39,118 nt of DNA. It comes from Flavobacteriales bacterium (lineage in GTDB: Bacteria > Bacteroidota > Bacteroidia > Flavobacteriales_F > PHOS-HE28). The stretch lies in NCBI GenBank assembly GCA_031410075.1, contig JANNYL010000212.1, forward strand, positions 1-39,118, given 5' to 3'. Below, piece by piece: positions 27,583 through 36,741 of the stretch. Position numbers and translations under genes: made by a program. The notes beneath the pieces were generated by a model. It was not told where the DNA came from, searched no databases, and worked only from the letters and a program-made list of their open reading frames with translations. Numbering within the stretch: the stretch's first letter is position 1; each line of letters starts with the position of its first letter.

Positions 27583-27594
27583 TGACGAACGTCA
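27583..27594 (+). promoter_or_regulatory. Crp/Fnr-type box 1 (TGACGAACGTCA) upstream of the P-type ATPase
   Basis: Palindromic TGAC-N4-GTCA. A 26-nt spacer leads to CTTTG (27621-27625). The box centre is 41.5 nt upstream of GTG 27630. Confidence 0.6.
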
Positions 27595-27629
27595 GTTCTT
27601 CCCAGACGTCGATCAGCCCTCTTTGCGCT

Positions 27630-30008
27630 GTGCAAGTCAAGGAGCTGACATCCGTCACCTGCTACCACTGTGGCGACCCGTGCGCGGAAACGCATCGTGT
27701 GCACGCCGGTAAGGACTTTTGCTGCCAAGGCTGCGAGGTGGTGTACGACCTGTTGAACGAAAGCGGGTTGTGCAACTACTACGAACTGGAGAAACAACCG
27801 GGCGTCAAGCAGATCGGTACGCTGGACCAGCAACGCATCGAACTGTTCGATCTCGCGGAAGTGCGCGAGCGTGTTGTTGAATTCAGCGAAGAAGGGATCA
27901 CACGAGCGCGGTTCCATATCCCGCAGATGCATTGTAGTTCGTGCATCTGGTTGTTGGAAAACCTGCACCGCATCGAACCGTCGGTGATGCGCTCACGCGT
28001 ATCGTTCACAACCAAAGAACTCACGGTCACCTTCCGCGAGGAACGCTTCTCCCTGGCACAACTGGTAACCCTGCTGCGGCGCATCGGCTATGGCCCGCAG
28101 CTCACCGCATCAAGCGGAGCGAAAGGCAACACCACAGCGCCACGCCTTATGTACATCCGCTTGGGTGTGGCCGGTTTCATCTTTGGAAACACGATGATGT
28201 TCAGCTTTCCGGAATACCTCGGGGCGAACACCGAAGCGGGATTGAAGACGGGCTTCCAATGGCTCACCATCCTGTTCTCGTTGCCGGTGGTTTTCTTCCT
28301 GAGCACGGATTTCTTCAAAAGCGCGTGGGCGGGCATCCGATCGAGACAGGTGAACATCGATCAACCCATTGCCCTAGGCATCGTTGCCCTTTGGACGCGC
28401 AGTTTGTGGGAAGTGCTCAGCGGCATTGGTCCCGGATACTTCGATTCATTGGCGGGCTTGTTGTTCTTCCTGCTCATCGGCCGTTGGTACCAGGCACACA
28501 CTTATCGCGCCTTGCGTTTCGATAGGGCTTTGGAGGATTTCCTTCCATTGGTCGTTCTGCGAAAAACAAGGACCGGTGAAGAAGCCGTGAAAGTCGCCGA
28601 GTTGTCACCCGGTGATCACATTATCATCCGGGATCAAGAGCTTGTCCCGGTGGATGCGGTCCTCTGCGAAGGCACGGCGCACATCGACAGCAGCTTCATC
28701 ACAGGCGAGCCCTTGGCCGTGCGCAAGAACATCGGCGATACCATCAAGGCCGGTGGTCGGCAACGCGGTGCGGTGATCGAACTGGAAGTGCTGCGTTCGT
28801 TCGCCGACAGTCGATTGAAAAAGCTGTGGGCCGAGCAAGGCAGTGCGCACGACCGACCTGCGATGCCCCGCATGATCGACAACGTTGCACGCCGGTTCAC
28901 CATCGCGGTTCTACTGATAACATTGGGCGCGGGCTTGTATTGGTGGGGCAAGGATCCTTCGCAGATCTGGCCTGTAGTAACGGCCGTGCTCATTGTGGCG
29001 TGCCCTTGCGCGTTGGCGCTCAGCATGCCGTTCGCGTATGGCCACACGATAAGGTTGATGGGCAAGCAAGGCTTGTTCCTGCGCGACGCTGAAGTGGTTG
29101 AACGCATGGCGCACGTGGACACGGTGATCTTCGACAAGACCGGCACGCTCACCGCACGCGAAGCGCACGAGGTCACATGGCATGGCGCCCGTACCAGCGA
29201 GCATGATCGATCATTGATCCGCTCCTTGGTCAGGAACAGTACTCATCCACTGAGCGCTGTGTTGTTCCAGGAATTGGGATCGGAGATGTTGGATGCTCGC
29301 GATGTGGAGGAACATGCCGGGCAAGGCATTCGGGGAACGATAAGTGGATCGGTCGTGCGCGTTGGTTCGGCCTTGTTCTGCGGCGGCGAGGAAACATCCC
29401 GTTCGAACGGCGAGGCCCACGTGCACGTGACGATCGGCGGTTTGCATCTGGGTCATTACACCATCCGCAAACGCGCGCGTAATGGCATTGTGGCCGCAGT
29501 TGCACGCCTGCGCGAACATGTGCGCGTTGGATTGCTCACTGGTGATGCGCAAGTGGATATCGAACTGGCCGAAGCGTTCCACGGATCCACAGTTCGCACG
29601 CACTGCTCCCCGGTCGACAAGTCGAACGCGATCGGTGCGGAACAAACATCCGGACATCGCGTGCTGATGGTCGGCGACGGATTGAACGATGCTGGAGCAC
29701 TCGCCCAGAGCGATGTGGGCATCACCGTTACCGAAACCAGTGCGGCGCTTACACCAGCCAGCGATGCCATCCTGGACGCGCTGGCCATCGAGCAACTTCC
29801 CCACTTCCTGCGCATGGCAAGGCGCGCACGCCGCATCGTGATCGGTAGCTTGTTCATCTCGCTGTGCTACAACATCACTGGTGTGTCGTTCGCGGTGAGT
29901 GGAAAACTCACGCCCTTGATCGCGGCGATCCTGATGCCGTTGAGTTCTGTGACCGTGGTTGGGTTCGTGACCGTGGCGGTGATGTGGGCGGCGCGCCGAA
30001 GGAACTGA
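27630..30008 (+). CDS. Heavy-metal (Cu) translocating P1B-type ATPase, CcoI/FixI-like
   Basis: 792 aa with a GTG start. N-terminal CYHCGDPC...CCQGCEVVY domain, HMA-like MHCSSC, TM CPC (ACPCALALS), DKTGTLT, VGDGLNDAGAL. Confidence 0.93.
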   Translation: MQVKELTSVTCYHCGDPCAETHRVHAGKDFCCQGCEVVYDLLNESGLCNYYELEKQPGVKQIGTLDQQRIELFDLAEVRERVVEFSEEGITRARFHIPQMHCSSCIWLLENLHRIEPSVMRSRVSFTTKELTVTFREERFSLAQLVTLLRRIGYGPQLTASSGAKGNTTAPRLMYIRLGVAGFIFGNTMMFSFPEYLGANTEAGLKTGFQWLTILFSLPVVFFLSTDFFKSAWAGIRSRQVNIDQPIALGIVALWTRSLWEVLSGIGPGYFDSLAGLLFFLLIGRWYQAHTYRALRFDRALEDFLPLVVLRKTRTGEEAVKVAELSPGDHIIIRDQELVPVDAVLCEGTAHIDSSFITGEPLAVRKNIGDTIKAGGRQRGAVIELEVLRSFADSRLKKLWAEQGSAHDRPAMPRMIDNVARRFTIAVLLITLGAGLYWWGKDPSQIWPVVTAVLIVACPCALALSMPFAYGHTIRLMGKQGLFLRDAEVVERMAHVDTVIFDKTGTLTAREAHEVTWHGARTSEHDRSLIRSLVRNSTHPLSAVLFQELGSEMLDARDVEEHAGQGIRGTISGSVVRVGSALFCGGEETSRSNGEAHVHVTIGGLHLGHYTIRKRARNGIVAAVARLREHVRVGLLTGDAQVDIELAEAFHGSTVRTHCSPVDKSNAIGAEQTSGHRVLMVGDGLNDAGALAQSDVGITVTETSAALTPASDAILDALAIEQLPHFLRMARRARRIVIGSLFISLCYNITGVSFAVSGKLTPLIAAILMPLSSVTVVGFVTVAVMWAARRRN

Positions 30009-30035
30009 TCGACTGTCAAGGATCAGTTCGCTACG

Positions 30036-30047
30036 TGACCAACGTCA
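30036..30047 (+). promoter_or_regulatory. Crp/Fnr-type box 2 (TGACCAACGTCA) upstream of the giant T9SS protein gene
   Basis: Same TGAC-N4-GTCA core, with a 26-nt spacer to CTTTA (30074-30078). Confidence 0.55.
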
Positions 30048-30120
30048 GTATCGCAGCGCGGGGATATGCAGAACTTTAGTGAAGAGGCAGGGATCCTTTA
30101 GGTCCTTGAACTTATCGACC

Positions 30121-33100
30121 ATGAAACAACTCAACCGCTTGTTGTTTACGGGGGCTTTTGCTCTCGCCGCATTGACCGTAGTGCATGCCCAACCGAATAC
30201 ATGGGTGCGTTCGGAAAACCTGAACGGTCCTGCGCGTCATGATGCGTTAGGCTTCGCCATCGGCGACAAGGTCTACACGTGCCTAGGCCTGAACATGGAT
30301 GGTGACACGCTGACCGACCTGTGGGAATACGATCCCGCCAACTCCACGTGGACGGCGAAGGCGGCCTTTCCCGGAACGCCACGTGTGGGTGCCGTGACCT
30401 TCACGATCGGCAACGTGGCATATGTGACTACGGGTGGTACGGTGAATGATACCCTGAACGACCTATGGGCATACGATCCCGTAAGTGATGCTTGGACACA
30501 GAAGGCCGATCTGCCGGGTAGTGCGCGCACGCGGGCTGGCACGTTCGCTGTTGGCGCGTTGGGGTACGTCTTCGCAGGCATAGGTCCACCGTTACAGGAT
30601 GAGAACGGCTACGACATGTATCCCAGTTTAGGGGATCTGTGGGCTTACGATCCCGTGCCGGATAGTTGGGTCCAGCGCGCGGATCTGTTTACCGGGTTCA
30701 TTGGTTCTGATCCCCCGATCTACCGATCATGCGGCTTCACATTGGGCGGAAATGGATACGCGACCAGAGGCAATGCCGTGGATTCGTACGATCCTCCAAC
30801 GAACAGCTGGACCACCAAGGCGGACATCGATCCCGACCTTTTCTTCGACCCGCACCAGGACTACATCGGGTTCTCTTTGGGTGGTCATGGCTACCTGACC
30901 AATATGGGTCGTGGTAGTTCCGGCTCGTGGTCCCAAACCCATCCCAATAAACTGTTGCGGTACGATCCGGTCGCTGATACCTGGATCCTCGCGGGATACT
31001 TCCCCGGCCTCGCACGCGATGAGGTTGCATTCGCGCGCATAGGGTCGGTGGTCTACATCATATCCGGCGCGCACTACTGGCGCACATGGTTCAACCCGGA
31101 TCCTGAGGCAGAGCCGTTCTCTCTCGAAGATCATCGCGTTGACCTCGGCGAAGTGTGGATGTATGATATACGGGACTGTCAAGGGATCCCGGATGGAACA
31201 ACTGTTCCTGGTGGACCTTGCAACGACGGGAACCTTGGAACCTATGGCGATGTCTATGATCTCCAGTGCACATGCACGGGCGTCTCACAACCCATGCAGC
31301 CGTTCCACCCGGACCAAGTGGACAACAGCTTCATCACCGGCACCGGCTTCGACGGTGAAGTACAGGCGCTCTTGCTTCAACCGGATGGCAAGATCCTCGC
31401 CGCCGGTGCCTTCAATACGTTCAACGACACGGCCTGCAACGGCATCGCCCGCTTGAACACCGATGGCTCGTTGGATGGCACATTCAATGGCGCTTTGGGA
31501 GGAAGGGCACTTGCGCTTCAACCCGATGGGCGGATCCTGGTCGGCGGCAATGGCATCACACGGCTCATGCCTGATGGATCCCTGGACCCCTCGTACGACA
31601 CCTACTTGTCGGACATTGGTATACTGCCTGTCAATGCGTTGGCCCTTCGCCCGGATGGGCGCATCATTGCCGGAGGATCGTTCGGTCTTGTGGACGAGTT
31701 TGGCACCAATCAAACACCGGGGCTCATGCAATTGATGCCGAACGGCAGTCAGGATGCATCCTTCGTCCCCGACCTGATCCTGGTCCAAGCGACCGTGCAA
31801 GTTTTGTTACTGCGACCCAATGGAAGAGTGCTCGTTGGTATGGCGAACGCATATGCCGGGGATCCCGCAGGATACAACCTGGCAGAACTTCAGGCGGATG
31901 GTTCGATCTCCATGCCCTTCAATGGCAACATCCGCCGATCGTTCCTTGAGCCGGTGAATGCCTTGCAGTTGCGACCGAACGGTGAGTTGGTCGTTGGCGG
32001 AGAATTCCTCCTCTTCAATGATGAACCCTGGTTCAGTGATGGTATCCCTCGCAAGAACATCGCACTGCTCGCTGCGGATGGGACTCTTTCTGCCGCATTC
32101 GACCCAAGTACTTCCACTGACGGCTTTATCCGTGCATTGGCCATCGGTCCACAAGGCCAGATCATCGCCGGTGGGGACTTCACGAACTACCGGTATGCAC
32201 TCCATAGCGGCATCGTACAGTTGAATGACTACGGGTATGCTGACGCATCGTTCCAGTCGGGAACCGGCTTCAACGGTGGCGTGCGCGCCTTCTCACTACA
32301 AACCGATGGCCAGCTCATCGTCGGCGGGGCGTTCACGGCGTACAATGGAACCGTCTGCGGCCGCATCACACGCTTGCGCACGCCACCGATAGGCGATTGT
32401 GAAGGCGTGGCTGGTGGAGGCGCTCTCCCGGGAACAGCATGCAATGATTGTGACCCCACGACTTTCAATGATGTCTATGATGTGAACTGTGTTTGCGCAG
32501 GTATCACCACCACAGGCCCGGCCTATCAGGCAGGCAGCCTCGATCCAACGTTCGATCCAGGTTCAGGCTTCACTGGCGGGGCTGGCAGCATGGCGCTTCA
32601 GCCGGATGGCAAGGTGATCGTATCGGGAGGCTTCACGGCTTTCAATGGCACCACGAAGAACCGCATCGCACGCATCAATGCCGATGGTTCGTTGGACGCC
32701 GGATATGCCACTGGCACCGGTTTCAATGACCGCACCATTGACGTCGCCCTGCAACCTAACGGCAAGGTGCTCGTGAGCGGGGATTTCACCTCGTTCAATA
32801 ACGCGCCCCGCGACCTCGTTGTGCGGCTGAACGCCAACGGCTCCTTGGACGCCTCCTTCAACCCGGGAACGGATCACAATGCCACGAGCACCAATAAGCT
32901 GGCCTTGCAACCGGACGGCAAGGTGCTCGTCGGTGGTGGCTTCTTGAACTTCAACGGATCCGATGTATACGACCTGCTGCGCTTGAACGCGAACGGGAGT
33001 TTTGATCCCACACACGATATCGGCTTGGGCTTCGACTTTCCATCGGACCTGAACGGGGATCCAACAGATATGGTCATACAACCGGACGGCAAGGTGATCG

Positions 33101-34314
33101 TGGTGGGTGGATTCCTATGGTATGATGGTCTATCCCCCTTCGTTGGCACCATCTGCCGGGGGATCGCACGGCTTGATCCGAACGGTGCGCTGGACTACAG
33201 CTTCGAGCATGGAGGGAGTTATTCCGATCCGGATGATGGATTCACTGGCGTCCCCTTGGTGATCGCCTTGCAACCCGATGGACGTATCCTGGTCGGTGGA
33301 GATTTCACTTCCTATGAGACAGTAGCGCGAAATCGGATCATCCGATTGAACGCGGACGGAACCGTGGATCCCACCTTCGATCCGGGCAACGGGTTCAATG
33401 ACGAAGTGCTCGCCATGGTGCTCCAACCAGACGGAAAGATCCTGGTGGGTGGTGCTTTCACCTCTTTCAATGGGGCACTGCGCGAGCGGATCGCACGGCT
33501 GAACCCGGATGGCAGCTTGGATGCCACCTTCCAACCATGCGCGGGGTTCAATGCCAGCGTGAAGGATCTCGTCCTGCAACCGGATGGGAGGTTGCTGGCC
33601 TGTGGCAATTTCACTTCCTATGCCGGCGTGGCACGCAACCGCATCGCCCGCCTCTTCACCGTGGATGCCACCTGCATCGCCTCGCAGCTCACCACCACCG
33701 CCGATCCCGTGATCAGTTGCGGCGCTACCAACCTGAAGTTCAACGGCACCAGCACCATCGCCGCCACGGAAGTGCCCGGCGCGAACAAGTACCAGTTCCG
33801 GTTCACGAACATCACCGGCCAACCGGCGTATTCCCGCAACATCGCCTGGCCCACGCGGAGCTTCACCCTCACCAAGTGGACCACCAACCCGCTGAAGGCG
33901 GGCCGTACGTACAACGTGCTGGTCCGCGCCAGTTTCGACAACGGGACCACGTGGTGTGACTGGGGTCCTTCATGCACGGTGAAGGTGAGCTGGACACCGT
34001 TCGCACCGGGTACCCAGCCGCGTGACATGGAAACAATGAATTCCTTGGAACCTGAGCTGCACCTCTACCCCAACCCCAACAATGGGGATCAACTACGCAT
34101 CAGCCTGAACGGAACCGATCCGGACCTTACCACTGTTGCGCTCGAGATCACCGACCTCTTCGGGAAGCGGGTAATGACCTCCACACTTGCTCTGCAGGAT
34201 GGTGAGATGAACGCGCTATTGCCATTGCGCAATGATCTCGCTGATGGACTGTACATCGTGACCATCACCGCAGGTGAACGCGTGTTCAACGAGCGGTTGG
34301 TGATCACGCAATGA
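30121..34314 (+). CDS. Giant secreted Kelch-repeat + delta-60-repeat protein with T9SS C-terminal sorting domain
   Basis: 1397 aa from ATG 30121 (signal peptide MKQLNRLLFTGAFALAALTVVHAQ). Kelch-like blades carry DLW(E/A)YDPxxxxW. There are two 36-aa Cys motifs (nt 31174-31281 and 32395-32502). Each is followed by many DGSLDxxF...LQPDGK(I/V)LVGG delta-60-type repeats. An Ig-like domain follows, then the T9SS CTD (nt 34045-34311: LHLYPNPNNGDQLRISL...GLYIVTITAGERVFNERLVITQ). Confidence 0.9.
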   Translation: MKQLNRLLFTGAFALAALTVVHAQPNTWVRSENLNGPARHDALGFAIGDKVYTCLGLNMDGDTLTDLWEYDPANSTWTAKAAFPGTPRVGAVTFTIGNVAYVTTGGTVNDTLNDLWAYDPVSDAWTQKADLPGSARTRAGTFAVGALGYVFAGIGPPLQDENGYDMYPSLGDLWAYDPVPDSWVQRADLFTGFIGSDPPIYRSCGFTLGGNGYATRGNAVDSYDPPTNSWTTKADIDPDLFFDPHQDYIGFSLGGHGYLTNMGRGSSGSWSQTHPNKLLRYDPVADTWILAGYFPGLARDEVAFARIGSVVYIISGAHYWRTWFNPDPEAEPFSLEDHRVDLGEVWMYDIRDCQGIPDGTTVPGGPCNDGNLGTYGDVYDLQCTCTGVSQPMQPFHPDQVDNSFITGTGFDGEVQALLLQPDGKILAAGAFNTFNDTACNGIARLNTDGSLDGTFNGALGGRALALQPDGRILVGGNGITRLMPDGSLDPSYDTYLSDIGILPVNALALRPDGRIIAGGSFGLVDEFGTNQTPGLMQLMPNGSQDASFVPDLILVQATVQVLLLRPNGRVLVGMANAYAGDPAGYNLAELQADGSISMPFNGNIRRSFLEPVNALQLRPNGELVVGGEFLLFNDEPWFSDGIPRKNIALLAADGTLSAAFDPSTSTDGFIRALAIGPQGQIIAGGDFTNYRYALHSGIVQLNDYGYADASFQSGTGFNGGVRAFSLQTDGQLIVGGAFTAYNGTVCGRITRLRTPPIGDCEGVAGGGALPGTACNDCDPTTFNDVYDVNCVCAGITTTGPAYQAGSLDPTFDPGSGFTGGAGSMALQPDGKVIVSGGFTAFNGTTKNRIARINADGSLDAGYATGTGFNDRTIDVALQPNGKVLVSGDFTSFNNAPRDLVVRLNANGSLDASFNPGTDHNATSTNKLALQPDGKVLVGGGFLNFNGSDVYDLLRLNANGSFDPTHDIGLGFDFPSDLNGDPTDMVIQPDGKVIVVGGFLWYDGLSPFVGTICRGIARLDPNGALDYSFEHGGSYSDPDDGFTGVPLVIALQPDGRILVGGDFTSYETVARNRIIRLNADGTVDPTFDPGNGFNDEVLAMVLQPDGKILVGGAFTSFNGALRERIARLNPDGSLDATFQPCAGFNASVKDLVLQPDGRLLACGNFTSYAGVARNRIARLFTVDATCIASQLTTTADPVISCGATNLKFNGTSTIAATEVPGANKYQFRFTNITGQPAYSRNIAWPTRSFTLTKWTTNPLKAGRTYNVLVRASFDNGTTWCDWGPSCTVKVSWTPFAPGTQPRDMETMNSLEPELHLYPNPNNGDQLRISLNGTDPDLTTVALEITDLFGKRVMTSTLALQDGEMNALLPLRNDLADGLYIVTITAGERVFNERLVITQ

Positions 34315-34359
34315 TCGATCAATCCGGGTCACGTCCCGTTTCAACTCAAAGAACCTATC

Positions 34360-34941
34360 ATGCGCACAGGAAACTTGTGGAACGAAGAACAACGTGATCC
34401 TCGGAAAGCGAAGCCGAACGATCCGGATCCACGGCACGAAGCTGAGCGTCGGCATCATGAGCCGCATGTTATCCCGCGTGAAGAAAGATCAGCCGCGGAA
34501 GATCGGCGGAGCGCGGCGGCCGTCGGTCGCGGATCCTTTCAAGGGCGATGGTTCCTGCTGATGCTGCTCATTTGGCTATCGGGCACAGCTCTTTATGGTG
34601 GCGGCGCCATGTTGTTGCGGCCCGATGGAAGTTTGTTACGGCTGGCTCCTTCCGACATGGCGACCAGTTTGTTCGCGGACTTTTTCTGGCCCGGAATGAT
34701 CCTGTTCACGGTATTCGGAGTGGGCGGCGCACTCTCTACTATCGCGATCATCCGTCGGCACTCGTGGGGCTACCTGCTGGCAATGGTCATTGGGTCCGGT
34801 CAGATCGTATGGATCCTGGCGCAAACCGTGCTGGTGGCAAAACCGGCGATGTTGCAAGTGTTCTACCTGCTGCTCGGCGTGGCGATCACAGCGTTGGCTT
34901 CACGTGCTGGTTATCATATCCGGCCAGCGGGATCCATTTGA
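34360..34941 (+). CDS. Small integral membrane protein (4 TM) with a highly charged N-terminal extension; function unknown
   Basis: 193-aa ORF. ~60 aa of charged N-terminus, then four hydrophobic helices. The start codon is uncertain. Confidence 0.55.
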   Translation: MRTGNLWNEEQRDPRKAKPNDPDPRHEAERRHHEPHVIPREERSAAEDRRSAAAVGRGSFQGRWFLLMLLIWLSGTALYGGGAMLLRPDGSLLRLAPSDMATSLFADFFWPGMILFTVFGVGGALSTIAIIRRHSWGYLLAMVIGSGQIVWILAQTVLVAKPAMLQVFYLLLGVAITALASRAGYHIRPAGSI

Positions 34942-34970
34942 ACGTTCGGTGCACGCGCTCAGCAGGAACC

Positions 34971-34982
34971 TGACCGATGTCA
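34971..34982 (+). promoter_or_regulatory. Crp/Fnr-type box 3 (TGACCGATGTCA) upstream of the Usp gene
   Basis: 26-nt spacer to TAGCTTTC (35006-35013), a near-consensus Bacteroidota -7 element TAnnTTTG. Confidence 0.6.
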
Positions 34983-35047
34983 CTAAAAAACCACGGCAAG
35001 TCCGGTAGCTTTCGACTCGTTCCATCAAGTCAATAAACACGAACCAC

Positions 35048-35854
35048 ATGGCGCATTTGCTCCTTCCCACAGACTTCAGTGATCAATCGTTGAAGGCCGC
35101 GACCTTGGCTATCGATCTTTTCGGTAGCAAAGGGAACCAGTTCACCTTGGTCCATTCATACAACGCTGCTGGATTGGCGGACCCCTTGGTACCGGGTGCC
35201 CTTCCTGATCTGCACAAGATCCATTCGGATGGGCTGGAGGAATTCGAGCAGAAGTTGCGCTCGAAGTGCGATCTCGCATCAGCCAAAGTGAACAGCATCG
35301 TGGCCTTCGGTCCTTTATCCGGGGTGATCGACGATGCAGCGAAAGAGAAGGATATCGATCTCGTCGTAATGGCTTCAGCAGGTAGGTCCGGTTCGTCCTT
35401 CTTCGGAAGCAATGCAACAGGTGTGATGCAGGGTGCGCACATTCCTGTTCTGGAGATCCCAATGGATGTGACCTCGCTCTCTTTCAGGAAGATCCTGTTC
35501 GCGGATGACAAGTCACCGATAGAGCCGCAAGCGCTGGATATTCTCGCTGCGATCGCACGGAATTCTGGTGCAACCGTGCTCATCGCCCATGTGGCTACCG
35601 GACGACCCGCACGGGACCAGGTGGATAATACCGCTTTGTTCGATCGTGTGTTCGCGGCCATTCCGCATCGTTCGATCATGGTGGAACACAATGATGTGGA
35701 AACGGCACTTTTCGATCTTGCAGCGAAAGAGCTGGTGGACCTGATCGCCATGCTGCACAGGCACAAAGGACTCTGGGGTAGCCTGTTCCATTCAAGTGCT
35801 ACCAAGGCCGTGGCACTGCACAGCAAGATCCCGGTGCTTGCATTGGAGCAGTGA
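35048..35854 (+). CDS. Universal stress protein (tandem UspA domains)
   Basis: 268 aa. MAHLLLPTDFSDQS...LVVMASAGRSG, with a second domain ...LIAMLHRHKG...SATKAVALHSKIPVLAL. Confidence 0.88.
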   Translation: MAHLLLPTDFSDQSLKAATLAIDLFGSKGNQFTLVHSYNAAGLADPLVPGALPDLHKIHSDGLEEFEQKLRSKCDLASAKVNSIVAFGPLSGVIDDAAKEKDIDLVVMASAGRSGSSFFGSNATGVMQGAHIPVLEIPMDVTSLSFRKILFADDKSPIEPQALDILAAIARNSGATVLIAHVATGRPARDQVDNTALFDRVFAAIPHRSIMVEHNDVETALFDLAAKELVDLIAMLHRHKGLWGSLFHSSATKAVALHSKIPVLALEQ

Positions 35855-35891
35855 ACAACGAACGAGGAACACCACCAACCGAACGAACTTC

Positions 35892-36215
35892 ATGGTAGAT
35901 AGAGGCTTTCGTAAGACGCTGCTCGGAGACGCATCATCAGACGATATTGAACGGCTCCTTCGCCAAGGCGCTACGGTCGTGGACATTCGGTCGGACGAGG
36001 AGTTCAAGGAAGGGCACGTGCCGGGATGCTTGCACATCCCACTAACGGATCTATTACGACAACTGGCATCCATACCCAAGGACCGCCCCGTGGTAACTTG
36101 TAATGCGGAAAATGCGCTGAGCGCCACCGCAGCGGAGATGCTCGAAGCGCATGGATATGAAGCCTACGATGGCGGTGGCTGGACCAGGGTCGCGCACCTG
36201 TTGAACAAGAAGTGA
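35892..36215 (+). CDS. Rhodanese-like domain protein (single domain, atypical active-site loop)
   Basis: 107 aa. VVDIRSDEEFKEGHVPGCLHIP...DRPVVTCNAENALSATAAEML. The Cys is present, but the loop CNAENAL lacks the usual CxxGxR(S/T). Confidence 0.8.
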   Translation: MVDRGFRKTLLGDASSDDIERLLRQGATVVDIRSDEEFKEGHVPGCLHIPLTDLLRQLASIPKDRPVVTCNAENALSATAAEMLEAHGYEAYDGGGWTRVAHLLNKK

Positions 36216-36683
36216 TCACAAATCGGAGAGTGTCCCTGCTCCTTCCATTCGCTCGAACCTTCCCGTCTTCTGACCTAACCGAATGCGGAACGCAACAGTT
36301 CGTGGGCGCGTACCATCGGGTAAGGGGTCGACCCTCGCAGGGTCCGAGGTTATACTCGGCTTGCGCGGCCTCAGCCATCGCGTGAAAGAAGCGATCACCT
36401 TCGTTGTCTGCTCGGGGCTCAGTTCTTCGAAATAACCTTGGGCCACAACGCTTTCCCAATTGGTCATCTCGCGCATGTTGTCCACTTCGAAGCATACTGA
36501 CGGGTTCGCCCGCATCATGCGCAACTTCTGGCCTTCTGCCGAATGGCAGTACACATCCTCTCCGTCGTACCAATAGTTGACAGGTACCACGTAAGTCATC
36601 CCGTCCGCATGGCAGCCGATCCGCCCGACGCATTCTTGTTGAAGCAGTCGCTCGATATGTTCCGGCCCGAGTTTTCCTAGCAT
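36216..36683 (-). CDS. Pyridoxamine 5'-phosphate oxidase-family (FMN-binding split barrel) protein
   Basis: 155 aa from ATG 36683. GRIGCHADGMTYVVPVNYWYDGEDVYCHSAEGQKLRMMRANPSVCFEVD. The stop abuts the rhodanese stop codon (convergent). Confidence 0.85.
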   Translation of the reverse strand: MLGKLGPEHIERLLQQECVGRIGCHADGMTYVVPVNYWYDGEDVYCHSAEGQKLRMMRANPSVCFEVDNMREMTNWESVVAQGYFEELSPEQTTKVIASFTRWLRPRKPSITSDPARVDPLPDGTRPRTVAFRIRLGQKTGRFERMEGAGTLSDL

Positions 36684-36729
36684 GAGGCAGGATTTTCCCA
36701 AGGATACCCAAGTGGCACAGGTCCGTTCC

Positions 36730-36741
36730 TGACGATCGTCA
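36730..36741. promoter_or_regulatory. Crp/Fnr-type box 4 (TGACGATCGTCA, perfect 12-bp palindrome) in the divergent PNPOx / YegP spacer
   Basis: 26-nt spacer to CACCTTTG (36765-36772) towards yegP. On the other side, CCTTG (reverse complement of 36699-36703) lies at the mirror-image distance towards the PNPOx gene. Confidence 0.6.

Noticed and set aside
27391-30120. tRNA-Arg as an integration site for a genomic island or prophage
   Set aside because: There is no integrase, no direct repeat of the tRNA 3' end, and no phage or conjugation genes downstream. The flanking genes have native-looking composition.
31300-33650. Regularly spaced repeats that could be mistaken for a CRISPR or tandem-repeat array
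   Set aside because: They are in-frame, protein-coding delta-60-type repeats of variable length and sequence inside one long ORF. There are no identical direct repeats with unique spacers. No CRISPR array was seen anywhere in the window.
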